Notes: a model not told the origin generated them from the sequence alone. 64,000 nt of DNA from Bdellovibrionota bacterium (GCA_044347745.1 JBIKUD010000003.1:17942-81941), one strand, 5' to 3'; counted from the stretch's first letter, positions 19,161-28,976 are shown. Numbers and translations: made by a program.

Positions 19161-19638
19161 ATTGGCCTCGAAGCACTCGTACGCTGTTGGTAAGCGAAGA
19201 CGCAATTATCAAGTTGCTGGGCTTAAGCAGCTTGGGCAGCAAGAAAACTCAATGAAAAGAAACTTAAAATCGCTTTTTACACTTCATCGGAATGTACTCA
19301 CTTTAATCTCTATTCTACCTAATTGGTTGGCCCCGTAGATCCCTTAGGCATTTTGCTACTCAGCGTTACGCAAAATCGTCAGGAATAAGTTCCTCTCGTT
19401 GGTAACTTAGCTACTGCCTTCGTGAGTTATGGGGAGGGCAGCAAGCTTTGTGCTAGATATCTGGGAGCTTATCCCAGGAGTTGGGAACAAGAGTCCGGCC
19501 TCAGTTGCCAAAATATGAATAATTTAAATGGATTATAAGAATGCATGCTGCCGCGTGCATTTAAGAGCAGGGTTAACTTATCCCTGCAAACAGCCGATTA
19601 TTAAGTAGAGGCCCTCGCCTAAAGAAAGGAAACTACTT

Positions 19639-21150
19639 GTGAATTTTCGTCCGCTTTCTCCCGAGCCAGAACGAACGATCGCAGTGCGGCCGGCACCTCC
19701 GCAAAATCGCGCAGCAGAGCAAACTATTAAACAAGTTTCAGAGGGGGGGCTTCCTGTAAACCCCCACGTACTTTCTCAGATTGTTGAAAAACTTGAGGCT
19801 GGCACCTACCGCAATGCCCCCGACAAGTTGGTATCAGATATTAAGCAAGACCCCGGTTTACTCTTCAGTTGCTTACGCAATCTTCAAAGTGTGACTCAGG
19901 TAGATGCTGCGCTTGAAAATCCCATTCAGGCTCTGCTCGAGCTTGAAGAGGAAAAGCTTTTGAGTGTGGTCACCGGCGGGGGGGCGCAGTGGCGCCAGCA
20001 TAGTTTTAAAGATGGAACAAAATTGCAAGCCCTACGTTACCAACATGCAATGCTCAGCACTCTCGCAGCTGAAGGTATTGCGGAGAAGCTCAATGTTTCT
20101 AAAGAGCTTGGGTTTGCAGCCGCATTTTTAAGAGAAGTAGCCTTGGCGCTTCTTGCGTGGAATTATCCGCATGTCTATCAAAAAGCAGTACAATCGCATC
20201 GAGCCCATAAAATAGATGTTGAACTTGAGCTACAAAAGCAATTGGGAATTAGTCCAGCAGAACTTGCCGTCGCGATTGCACAACAAATGGGAGTTCGAGG
20301 ACCTATTAAAAAAGCGATGCTGCTTTTGGGGGGACCAAATAGAGGCAGATTCTCGATAGAAGTTGAAAAAGACGAGACAGTACGAGCGCTCGTAAAGGTA
20401 ACTGAAGCAGCAAAACAATATGCCGATTCCGAAGATTCGTATACGTACCCTCATTTTGGTAAAATAAGTGGCTCGGTAAGTGCTGAATACGATGCTTTGT
20501 TGCCGGCCGCTGAACGAATGGAAATTGCGCGCGCTGTTGCCTCTCGAATTGAAGCTTCTCAATTGCCTGGAGAATTTCAGAAATTACCGATAGTAGCTCA
20601 ATTAAAGGCGGCCACAGTTCAGCCCAAAGTTAATCATGGACTCGAAGATAATTCCTTCGCGCAGAGGCTAATCCCAGCGCAGCGAAGTCTCTTTGAACCC
20701 GTGTACGCACAGCTTGATGGCACTCAGCAGCTCAGTAAGGCTGCTTTGCTTGAATTGAGCGAAGTAACTATTCCACAGCTTGGGTTTGCCCATGGCTGTC
20801 TTTACATGAGACAGAGCGAATACGGGCCGCTTATTCCGGTGTTACGGGTAGGGCCAAAAGCGCTTAAAGAATACACGCTAGGGCTAGCCTCGTGGCATCA
20901 GTTAATTGCCGCATCTGCTGACAGTACCCTGCCATTTAGGTCAGAAGGGCGGGGAAGTGAGGACTATGGTTCTGTATATATATGCGCGGCCCTTGGGCAT
21001 TCAATCTACAAGGGCGTTTTGTTCCTAGAGCTTGATGAGTCGGCGAGCGCCGATGTTTTACATCCGTCTATTTTGTTGTTTCAGGCCATTCGCCAGGCAA
21101 TAAATGACAGCCTTGGAGCTGGACGTGCGGTTACATTGCGCAGCGTTTGA
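19639..21150 (+). CDS. HDOD-like signalling protein with C-terminal GAF-like region
   Basis: 503 aa with a GTG start. LPVNPHVLSQIVEKLE...LVSDIKQDPGLLFSCLRNL resembles the opening of HDOD domains. The usual HD dyad position reads FLREVALALLAW, which is degenerate. The C-terminal ~150 aa look GAF-like. Confidence 0.4.
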   Translation: MNFRPLSPEPERTIAVRPAPPQNRAAEQTIKQVSEGGLPVNPHVLSQIVEKLEAGTYRNAPDKLVSDIKQDPGLLFSCLRNLQSVTQVDAALENPIQALLELEEEKLLSVVTGGGAQWRQHSFKDGTKLQALRYQHAMLSTLAAEGIAEKLNVSKELGFAAAFLREVALALLAWNYPHVYQKAVQSHRAHKIDVELELQKQLGISPAELAVAIAQQMGVRGPIKKAMLLLGGPNRGRFSIEVEKDETVRALVKVTEAAKQYADSEDSYTYPHFGKISGSVSAEYDALLPAAERMEIARAVASRIEASQLPGEFQKLPIVAQLKAATVQPKVNHGLEDNSFAQRLIPAQRSLFEPVYAQLDGTQQLSKAALLELSEVTIPQLGFAHGCLYMRQSEYGPLIPVLRVGPKALKEYTLGLASWHQLIAASADSTLPFRSEGRGSEDYGSVYICAALGHSIYKGVLFLELDESASADVLHPSILLFQAIRQAINDSLGAGRAVTLRSV

Positions 21151-21302
21151 TTTTTAAATTCTGCGACTTGCGAAGCTCGAAATCGACCCAATTGATTGCA
21201 TAGGGTGTTGGGTGCCAAGAGTCGGTTACTTTTGTGGGACTACAGTGAGGCACTGTGATATGCTCGATAGCATAATACGTCTCAGGAACCTTTTGTTTTT
21301 TT

Positions 21303-21920
21303 ATGACCGACTTCCCTTCCGTAACCCGCACCTTTGTTCTGCGTTGCCGCGGCGCGGCAGCAGATCCTCGCGCCCTTAGAGCTCAAGTAGGGTCTGATGC
21401 CCACACTGAGATTATTGCCCATACAGTCTTAAGTACTTTTTTTGTTTCTCAATCTGTGCGGCTGGATACAGAGCTCTACATTATCTTCGATAAAACAAAC
21501 GATTTTCCGAAGTCCCTTCGGTTATGTATGGCCGAAGGCCTCTCGCTTCCCTCGGCGCATGAGGCGGCAATATTTGATGTTCTGGAGCAGGGATTAAGAG
21601 CCAGCTCGTCGCTTCAAAAGGGGCAGCGCCTAACGGTGAAGCCGGGATTAGAGTTATGCGGTTTTGGTTTTGAAAAAGTACTTGATGCTGCGTTGCCGGG
21701 GAAAAGTGGGTATATGCTTGAACCGGAGGGCGTGCCGATGCGAACTGCTCACATTAATGTTCCAGCACTTTTTGTGCTTAGCGATCATCACGCCTTATCA
21801 AAAAATTCGGCTAAGGGACTTGAGCGTCTTGGGCTGCAAAAACTGTCTCTCGGGCCGCAGATGCTTTTTGCCTATCAGGCAGTGAGTCTGGTGCATTATG
21901 AGCTCGATTGTTCGAATTAA
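21303..21920 (+). CDS. TrmY-like SPOUT methyltransferase (DUF358 family; archaeal tRNA pseudouridine54 N1-methyltransferase type)
   Basis: 205 aa. It aligns along its length, from my recollection of the sequence, to archaeal TrmY: RTFVLRC..., TEIIAHTVLSTFFVSQSVRLDTELYIIF, PGLELCGFGFEKVL, and the C-terminal knot region LFVLSDHHALS...KLSLGPQMLFAYQAVSLVHYELD. Confidence 0.55.
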   Translation: MTDFPSVTRTFVLRCRGAAADPRALRAQVGSDAHTEIIAHTVLSTFFVSQSVRLDTELYIIFDKTNDFPKSLRLCMAEGLSLPSAHEAAIFDVLEQGLRASSSLQKGQRLTVKPGLELCGFGFEKVLDAALPGKSGYMLEPEGVPMRTAHINVPALFVLSDHHALSKNSAKGLERLGLQKLSLGPQMLFAYQAVSLVHYELDCSN

Positions 21921-21921
21921 T

Positions 21922-23853
21922 TTATGTTGAGCTGTCACACTGGGTAACACCAAAACTTTTGGCCCATTGTGTAAAACTAATAAGACGCCACCAGGTGCTA
22001 TCAACGCGCATTTTGCCAGAACGAATGCCAGCGATTTGAACTTGGATCTTATTTCTATCAAAAAAAGGTAAGTGTGAAAGAATATCGAGATCGATGAGCT
22101 GTTCCCAGCAAAGTGAGCTGGAATTGAGCCAGTTAATTTGGGGCGTTGCAAATCCAATTTTATCGGTCCGATCTAAAATTTGATTTGGTACCAATCCTCG
22201 CATTGCTTCTCTGAGTACGTATTTTGAGCGAGCTTGAGGAGAAATGAGGAAGTGGTCGGGTAATGAGTAAGCGAATTGAACTAATTCGGGTATCAAAAAC
22301 GGCACTCGACTTTCAATTGAATAGGCCATTGAATTTCTGTCTTCATAGCGCAAAAGGTGTGGCAAAACTGTTTCCTCGAGCGTGCGCCTCAATTCATACC
22401 GTAGGGCACTTCCAGCACTGGGAAGATCTAGATGTGCCACAGGAGGGCTTGCAATTGGACTTTTGAGCCAGCTTGGATACAGAAAGTTTTGGAGTAGTGG
22501 AAGCGCAGCTTTTTTTAATGCAGACGGAAGCGCAGTATGTAGCATGCGAGTTGCAATTTTGGTTGCGCGCATTCTACCGCTCCTTTTTATAGCTAGAGCA
22601 AATCGAATGGCGCTTGCAAATTTTGCCGCACGAATGAGGCTCCAGAGCTGAATCGCAAGGTAGTGATCATATCCACCAAATATTTCGTCGGCCCCCTGGC
22701 CATCCAGCATTACGGTAATGCCTCGCATTTTTGCGCGTTCGAAAACAAGACGCTGAGCAAACACGCTCGCCGAAGTGCAGGGCTCCTCAATACTGCGTGC
22801 AAGCAGAGCAATTTGATTTGCTAAATCACTCTCAGTGGCAAAAATTTTGTCCGGTGTAATCTGAGCTTGTTTGGCCAATAAATCGACCCAGCGCTCCTCC
22901 TTGATTCGCTCTTCGTCGGCAATATAACTAAACGCATGTAGTTGAGCCGACGGGCCAAGGTGCGCTCGCATTCCCATGACGATGGAAGACGAATCAAGTC
23001 CGCCTGAAAGTGCTGTGCCCAGTGGAACATCGGAGCGTAGATGCAGGCCAATGCTTTCGAGGAAGATACGGCGGACCTCGGCTTTTGCCTCATCGAACGA
23101 ACAATCAATGGTTTGTTGCACTTCGGCGCGCCAATAACGGGTTATTTCTAATTTTTCCGGCGCATCTAATGATATCTTGGCATAGTGAGCGGGCGGCAGT
23201 TGATGCACTCCCGCAAACAAGGTCTGACTGCCCTCATCGGTTCCCCCATAGGTGAGGTACTCAAGAGCTTTTGATCGATGAGCGACGGCCGGCATTTTGA
23301 GACTTGAGAGCACGCCACTTATGGTCGAGCAGAAAGCTAAGACTCCAGTCTTGGTGCCATAATAGAGGGGTTTTATGCCGAAAAAATCTCTAGCGAGTAA
23401 GAGTGTTCTGGCAGACTTATTCACAAATGCAAGTGCGAACATCCCGATACATTTTTTTAGAGCATCTGCTCCCCATGCCATAAGGGCATAAAGCAGCACT
23501 TCAGTATCTGATTGAGATTTGAAGGTGAATCCTTCTTGTTCAAGTAAGGCCCTGAGCTCTCGATAGTTGTAAATTTCCCCATTAAAAACCAAGGCGTAGT
23601 TACCATCTGGCGAACACATTGGTTGCCAGCCTGAAGGGGAGAGGTCGAGAATGGAGAGTCGACGATGTACCAGCAAGAGCGGGGAGACTGCATGAGCCGG
23701 GTTCCAATGTCGCTGGCAGATAAATTGGTTGTTATCGAGACTGAGGTATCCCTGATCGTTAGGCCCCCTCAAGGCCAAGGCTTCCCACAGCAAAGGCACG
23801 GCGTCTTCCCGTATGAACGGGTGCGTCTGCACAAATCCTGCGATACCACACAT
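21922..23853 (-). CDS. asnB: asparagine synthase (glutamine-hydrolysing) family amidotransferase
   Basis: 643 aa. It has an N-terminal MCGIAGF Ntn-glutaminase start and the PP-loop SGGLDSS. It is divergent from the polysaccharide genes. Confidence 0.85.
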   Translation of the reverse strand: MCGIAGFVQTHPFIREDAVPLLWEALALRGPNDQGYLSLDNNQFICQRHWNPAHAVSPLLLVHRRLSILDLSPSGWQPMCSPDGNYALVFNGEIYNYRELRALLEQEGFTFKSQSDTEVLLYALMAWGADALKKCIGMFALAFVNKSARTLLLARDFFGIKPLYYGTKTGVLAFCSTISGVLSSLKMPAVAHRSKALEYLTYGGTDEGSQTLFAGVHQLPPAHYAKISLDAPEKLEITRYWRAEVQQTIDCSFDEAKAEVRRIFLESIGLHLRSDVPLGTALSGGLDSSSIVMGMRAHLGPSAQLHAFSYIADEERIKEERWVDLLAKQAQITPDKIFATESDLANQIALLARSIEEPCTSASVFAQRLVFERAKMRGITVMLDGQGADEIFGGYDHYLAIQLWSLIRAAKFASAIRFALAIKRSGRMRATKIATRMLHTALPSALKKAALPLLQNFLYPSWLKSPIASPPVAHLDLPSAGSALRYELRRTLEETVLPHLLRYEDRNSMAYSIESRVPFLIPELVQFAYSLPDHFLISPQARSKYVLREAMRGLVPNQILDRTDKIGFATPQINWLNSSSLCWEQLIDLDILSHLPFFDRNKIQVQIAGIRSGKMRVDSTWWRLISFTQWAKSFGVTQCDSST

Positions 23854-24030
23854 GGAGGCCTGTACTTAAGCGAATTTCGAACTGAAAAAGGAGCGTCCTA
23901 AAGTTAACGACCACAGGTTCAGTTCTGCCTATGCATAAGTACTGATCCTGCCCTGAGGTCTAATTTGGGTCAATAATTGATTTGCTGGTAGGAAGCCTTA
24001 ATTAGGGCCTACATTGTCAATCTACCTCTA

Positions 24031-24058
24031 TTGAAAGCCTAGCGGGCTTGCCTATACT
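24031..24058 (+). promoter_or_regulatory. candidate sigma70-type promoter for the polysaccharide operon
   Basis: TTGAAA (24031-24036), a 16-nt spacer, then TATACT (24053-24058), 60 nt upstream of the ATG at 24118. Confidence 0.3.
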
Positions 24059-24117
24059 GAGATAGCTCTTCTGTCGGGGGGCTAATCTCGAATATGTTGA
24101 ATTGTTGGTGCTGAGCG

Positions 24118-25485
24118 ATGCTTGAGGACTACGCCTTTCTTGATAACGGCGTTACTTTTTTCTTACTCTTTAATTGTATTGGCTGCGTTGTCTCGGCGAT
24201 GCAGATAGGGCGCCTGCTTGCCTTTCAGCGTTTTGTGTTCTTAAAGCCCAGCGTATTGGTTGCTGCCTATAGTTTTTTATGGTTTCAACTGCCACTTGCT
24301 GCCTATTCGTCCTATTGCGAAGCAACTTTTAAAGAACCCTGGGGCTTCGCTATTTTGATTCATTCTTTAGTTCTCTCTGGTTTATTTATTGGCCCACTTA
24401 TCGCCCCCAAGGAAGCCTTTGAGATATGGCAACGCATTACCCATATGCGAGATGAAGTAGCGCGGGGAAGTGTGGGGGTGCTTCTCTCATTGAGCCTGCT
24501 TATTGTACTTTTTCTCATTCCCTATCTTTGGTTTGTACCGCTTTCTTCTTCTGGGCTGTACGCCATCTTTTTTACACCGGAGGTGGCAACAATTACCCGC
24601 GAGGAGTCGTTCAAGGTGCTCGAGGGTGCCTTACCTCGATACTCATATAGTTTCTTGTCCTTTGCTCTCGCTCCACTTTGTGCGGTGGTATTAAGTCAAT
24701 GGTTTTTCTCAGGGCTTCGTCGACATAACGCGCAAATTATATTTCTTTCCAGTGTTGGGTTTTTCATTTTGTTGCTTATCTCTTCGCTTACTGGTGAGCG
24801 CGGTAGGCCAGTAGAGCTACTTCTCGTCTCTCTTGTCGCCTATATGCTAAGAAAGGGGGTGCCAATTAAACCCGTGACCATAGGCGTCGCGCTCAGTCTT
24901 GTCTTAGCTCCAGCAACTATCCTCAGTATTCTGCGTGAAGGATTAGAATTAAATTTTGACTTATTCATGACGTACTTTGAAGGAATTATTTTGCGGGCCT
25001 TTCGGGCACCATTTGAGGTTGCAAGTTGGCATGTCCAGTATGTCGAGGATCATGGGTATTGGGGTGTTGCCGGAATTCCAAAACTGGCCGCGCTCTTTGG
25101 TGAGCGAGCGCTGAATGTTAATAATATAGTGGGGATTCATTACCTTGGTTTTGAGCTCGACACGGTAAGTGCAGGAACCGGATACCTCTTCACACAGCAT
25201 GCGTGTTTTGGATTTTGGATTTTGCCAATCTCGATTTTACAGTTATTTTTCCTCGACTTCGCATTAACCATTTTAAAGCGACTATCTGATTATATCCTTT
25301 TGCCATCTATGTCGGCGATCGTGGTTATTTGTCTTGGCTTTCTGCAAAGCAATTACACCACGGTGCTGCTCTCGGCTGGGTTTGGTGTAGTGATTGTGGT
25401 ATCTGCGCTGCTTTCGTTCTTTGTGTGCGCCAGACCTGTTAAAAAAGGTAGCCCCTATGGAACACCGAGAGCGGTGCCTGGGTAA
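24118..25485 (+). CDS. polytopic membrane protein, putative O-antigen/EPS polymerase (Wzy-like)
   Basis: 455 aa with roughly 10-12 hydrophobic helices, located first in an operon with two GT4 glycosyltransferases. The assignment rests on context and topology only. Confidence 0.4.
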   Translation: MLEDYAFLDNGVTFFLLFNCIGCVVSAMQIGRLLAFQRFVFLKPSVLVAAYSFLWFQLPLAAYSSYCEATFKEPWGFAILIHSLVLSGLFIGPLIAPKEAFEIWQRITHMRDEVARGSVGVLLSLSLLIVLFLIPYLWFVPLSSSGLYAIFFTPEVATITREESFKVLEGALPRYSYSFLSFALAPLCAVVLSQWFFSGLRRHNAQIIFLSSVGFFILLLISSLTGERGRPVELLLVSLVAYMLRKGVPIKPVTIGVALSLVLAPATILSILREGLELNFDLFMTYFEGIILRAFRAPFEVASWHVQYVEDHGYWGVAGIPKLAALFGERALNVNNIVGIHYLGFELDTVSAGTGYLFTQHACFGFWILPISILQLFFLDFALTILKRLSDYILLPSMSAIVVICLGFLQSNYTTVLLSAGFGVVIVVSALLSFFVCARPVKKGSPYGTPRAVPG

Positions 25486-25490
25486 TTTTT

Positions 25491-26609
25491 ATGTCTTTGA
25501 GAGTTGCTCACCTTACAACCGTGCACCCCGCCCATGAACCACGAATTTTAGAGCGTGAATGCGTATCTCTCCAGGAAGCTGGCTACGAAGTGCATCTTAT
25601 TGTGCCCCATGACAAACCTGAAGTGTATCGAGGAGTCCAGGTGCATAACCTTATGCCAGTACGCGGACGTGTGCGAAGGTTTTTAAAAGCCCAATGGGAG
25701 CTGTATCGAGCGGCACGAGAGCTACAAGCAGACCTGTACCATTACCATGATCCAGAACTTTTTCTAGCGGCGCTTGCCCTGAAGTGTCAGGGGAAAAAGA
25801 TAATTGTTGATGTGCATGAAAATTTGCCCGAACAGATATTATTTAAAAATTGGGTTCATCCACTTATTCGCTCATCGGTCGCCAAGCTTGCTGGAGTAAT
25901 TGAACGCCACCTCTATAAGCGATTTGATGGAATAGTAGTGGTAGTTCCTGATTTACTGGTCAAATTTCCACCAGAAAAAACAGCATTGGTGCGCAATTTT
26001 CCGGCACTCGATCCTGCCGATTTTGCGGGAGCTCAAGCATATCAAAATCGTCCAAACTCTCTGCTGTATGTTGGTAGAGTTGAAGAGGGCCGAGGAGCGC
26101 TCGAGATGTGTGAGCTCGTTGCTGCGTTGCCTAAAGAGCTTACTGTAAGCCTACAGCTTGCCGGCCCGATGAGCACTGTAGAGATTGAGCGAACCCTTAA
26201 AACTCATGCAGCAGCGTCGCACATTACATTTTTAGGGTGGCAATCTCGGACCCAAGTTCGGCAGCTTTTAGGGCAAGCTCGCGTGGGGCTTAACTTACTA
26301 AGGCCACTTCCTAATTATCTTAAAGCTCTTCCCACCAAAGCCTTCGAATACATGGCGGCGGGGCTCCCGGTGCTGAGCACCGATTTGCCTTTATTGAGCC
26401 CCATTATTGAGAAGCACAAATGCGGCATAATTGTGCCTTCCCAAGACACTGCCGCTACAGTCAAGGCGCTTGAGTGGCTGCTTACCCACCCTAAGGAGGC
26501 AGAGGAGATGGGGCGTCGTGGGCAAGAGGCGGTGTTATCTGAATACTCTTGGGGGGCGGAGTTTCGTACATTACGAAATTTATACGAAAAGATTCTTGGG
26601 GCGGGTTGA
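25491..26609 (+). CDS. glycosyltransferase family 4
   Basis: 372 aa with a GT-B C-terminal signature (LPTKAFEYMAAGLPVLSTDLP; EEMGRRG). Confidence 0.8.
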   Translation: MSLRVAHLTTVHPAHEPRILERECVSLQEAGYEVHLIVPHDKPEVYRGVQVHNLMPVRGRVRRFLKAQWELYRAARELQADLYHYHDPELFLAALALKCQGKKIIVDVHENLPEQILFKNWVHPLIRSSVAKLAGVIERHLYKRFDGIVVVVPDLLVKFPPEKTALVRNFPALDPADFAGAQAYQNRPNSLLYVGRVEEGRGALEMCELVAALPKELTVSLQLAGPMSTVEIERTLKTHAAASHITFLGWQSRTQVRQLLGQARVGLNLLRPLPNYLKALPTKAFEYMAAGLPVLSTDLPLLSPIIEKHKCGIIVPSQDTAATVKALEWLLTHPKEAEEMGRRGQEAVLSEYSWGAEFRTLRNLYEKILGAG

Positions 26610-26765
26610 GGTGTTGGAGGACGGGGGAGGATCAAACTTCAACGGAATCAGCACCTGGCCGGTGACAGGGCCGGTTCGCGGTCGACGGATAAACTGTGAG
26701 CCTTCAGCATGCGCATCAACTAAAATATAATGCCATTTCAGCGTCTTTAGGGTACATTCTTTGCT

Positions 26766-28040
26766 ATGAAGGCCCCAAATGTGTGGTTGTTAAAAGATGG
26801 TGAGCCCTTGCCGCATGAAGACAAGGGGCAAAGTTTACGTACTGGGAATTTGGCCAAAGCGCTGCTTCGGCTTGGCTGCACGGTAACCTGGTTTGCAAGT
26901 ACTTTTGATCACGGACAAAAACGACAACGCAGCAGCAAGACAGAAGTAATAGATGTTGCTGACCAGTATCGGATTGTGTTGCTCAAAGGTCCTGGGTATC
27001 AAAAAAATGCATCGCTGGGGCGTGTTTTTCATCAATTTGAGACGGGACGCCAGTTTTTGAGGATTGCTCCTAAAATGGAGCGGCCAGACCTTATTGTTTC
27101 AGCCTACCCAACTCCCGAGCTAAATTTTGCAGCAAGTAATTTTGCTTTGAGGCGTCGGGTGCCATATGTAGTTGACGTTCGCGATCCCTGGCCCGATCTC
27201 TTTCCCCAAAAGCCGCATCTTATCCCGCTTAAAGCTTGGTATAAAAAATTACTAAAACGTAGCCTGAATAGAGCCTGCGGAATTGTGTCCATGAGCGATA
27301 AAATGCTTGATTGGACCCTGGGCCATGCGGGGCGAGGAAAAACAGAGGCCGATGCCGTTTTTCATCTCGGGGCGCAGCGCTCATTGTCGCCCGAGCCACG
27401 AATTCAAGAATGGCGCCCGAGCGCCGAAGAGCCTCTGGTTTGTGTCTATTATGCAATGTTTGGCAAATTGCATCGAGGAGATGTCATTTTAAAGGCGGCG
27501 CGAATTTTGTCTGAACAAAAAGAGAAACGTATTCGTTTTATCTTTGTTGGCGATGGAGAGCTGCGGGCTTTGTGGGAGCAGGAAGTTAGGGACCTTGATT
27601 CAGTCCGCTTTTTGGGATGGATGGGAAAAGAAGAAGCATCTCTTGCTCTTCGGCAAGCTCAAGTAGGCATTATTGCCATAGGCCCTGAAGTTGCCGATGT
27701 TTGGTTTGGCAATAAGTTTTTTGAGTATTTGGAAGCAGGGCTTGCGCTTATCAACAATACAACTAGTGAGCTTCAGGAGCTTATTCAAACCAAAAATTTG
27801 GGATTACAGTTCTCAGGAGTTAGTGCTGAAAACCTAGCTCAGCAGCTTAGATTATTGGTAGCCCAGCCGGCGATGCTTGCCGAAATGCGGCGTAATGCCT
27901 GGCAGCTTTTTCAAGACGAATTTGATTCAGGAAGGGTGTACGAAAAATACGCCCGTCACGTACTTCATCTCGCAGGTGTCGACGTGGAACAATCCCAAGC
28001 CATGAATAACGCATTGCAGGCAGTCGCGCGAAGAGCTTAG
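26766..28040 (+). CDS. glycosyltransferase family 4-like
   Basis: 424 aa with IRFIFVGDGELR ... NKFFEYLEAGLALINN, the GT-B E-x7-E-type region. Confidence 0.65.
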   Translation: MKAPNVWLLKDGEPLPHEDKGQSLRTGNLAKALLRLGCTVTWFASTFDHGQKRQRSSKTEVIDVADQYRIVLLKGPGYQKNASLGRVFHQFETGRQFLRIAPKMERPDLIVSAYPTPELNFAASNFALRRRVPYVVDVRDPWPDLFPQKPHLIPLKAWYKKLLKRSLNRACGIVSMSDKMLDWTLGHAGRGKTEADAVFHLGAQRSLSPEPRIQEWRPSAEEPLVCVYYAMFGKLHRGDVILKAARILSEQKEKRIRFIFVGDGELRALWEQEVRDLDSVRFLGWMGKEEASLALRQAQVGIIAIGPEVADVWFGNKFFEYLEAGLALINNTTSELQELIQTKNLGLQFSGVSAENLAQQLRLLVAQPAMLAEMRRNAWQLFQDEFDSGRVYEKYARHVLHLAGVDVEQSQAMNNALQAVARRA

Positions 28041-28060
28041 ACTGAAAGAGGAGAGTGTGT

Positions 28061-28954
28061 ATGACCCTTGCCATGTTAAAAGAAGTTGTGATGGATTCAA
28101 CGAATCCGCACCAAATGAGCGTCGAGCAATGGCGCGCGTTGTTACTGATGCTTGATAGGGCGAATGACCCGCGTTGGATTCAGAGCCTTGAACAGCGTAA
28201 ACGAGAGGAAGCAGAATTTCATGATCAGCGGGAGGATCGAAAATCTGATGGTCATGAAGACCCAACTAAGGTTGGAGGAAACAAAAAGTATTACTGTTAT
28301 ACTCAAGCTTCTCGGGCTTACAGCGAAGCTTGGATTAGGCAGAATGCGCCGGGTAAGGTTTTTTTAGACTATGCGTGCGGCGAGGGGAATGCCACAGTGG
28401 CTGCCGCTCAGGCGGGGGCGAAATTAGCAATAGGAATAGATATTAGCGGCGAATCAATTGAACGTGCGCGGCGCCAGGCTGAAGCCAAAGGCGTGGGCTC
28501 CTCAACTGTATTTATTCAAGCCGATTGTGAAGATACTCGATTGCCAGCCGGTAGCGTGGATTTGATCTATTGTTGTGGAATGCTCCATCATCTCGATTTA
28601 TCGTATGCCTTCCCGGAAATGCGAAGGATTATGACACCGGGAGCTAAAGCATTTGGATACGAAGCGCTTAACTACAATCCGCTCATTAAGTTGTATCGAA
28701 AATTAACTCCGGAATTAAGAACTGCTTGGGAAAAAGAGCATATTCTGTCGCTTAAAGATCTAGAATTTGCTCGGCGTTTCTTTGAAGTTGAAGATGTGCG
28801 CTATTGGAATTTGACCGTAATGGCCGCACCTCATCTGCCCTTTCTTGCTCCTGCGTTCGCGGCTATTGATGCAGTTCTTACCAAAATTCCTTTGGTGCAG
28901 CTTATGTCCTGGATATTCACTTTTGAGCTCAGAAAGAGCCTGCACCTTAAATAA
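28061..28954 (+). CDS. class I SAM-dependent methyltransferase
   Basis: Motif I is VFLDYACGEGNATV and the post-I motif is GIDIS. The ATG at 28061 follows GAGGAGAG, while the longest ORF begins at GTG 28055. Confidence 0.75.
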   Translation: MTLAMLKEVVMDSTNPHQMSVEQWRALLLMLDRANDPRWIQSLEQRKREEAEFHDQREDRKSDGHEDPTKVGGNKKYYCYTQASRAYSEAWIRQNAPGKVFLDYACGEGNATVAAAQAGAKLAIGIDISGESIERARRQAEAKGVGSSTVFIQADCEDTRLPAGSVDLIYCCGMLHHLDLSYAFPEMRRIMTPGAKAFGYEALNYNPLIKLYRKLTPELRTAWEKEHILSLKDLEFARRFFEVEDVRYWNLTVMAAPHLPFLAPAFAAIDAVLTKIPLVQLMSWIFTFELRKSLHLK

Positions 28955-28976
28955 TTGAGGTAGCTTTAAGGGGGCC

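Noticed and set aside
19480-19500. Possible sigma-54 promoter (GG...TGC) upstream of the HDOD-like gene.
   Set aside because: The spacing between the GG and GC elements is 10 nt rather than the required 12, and the flanking consensus bases are absent.
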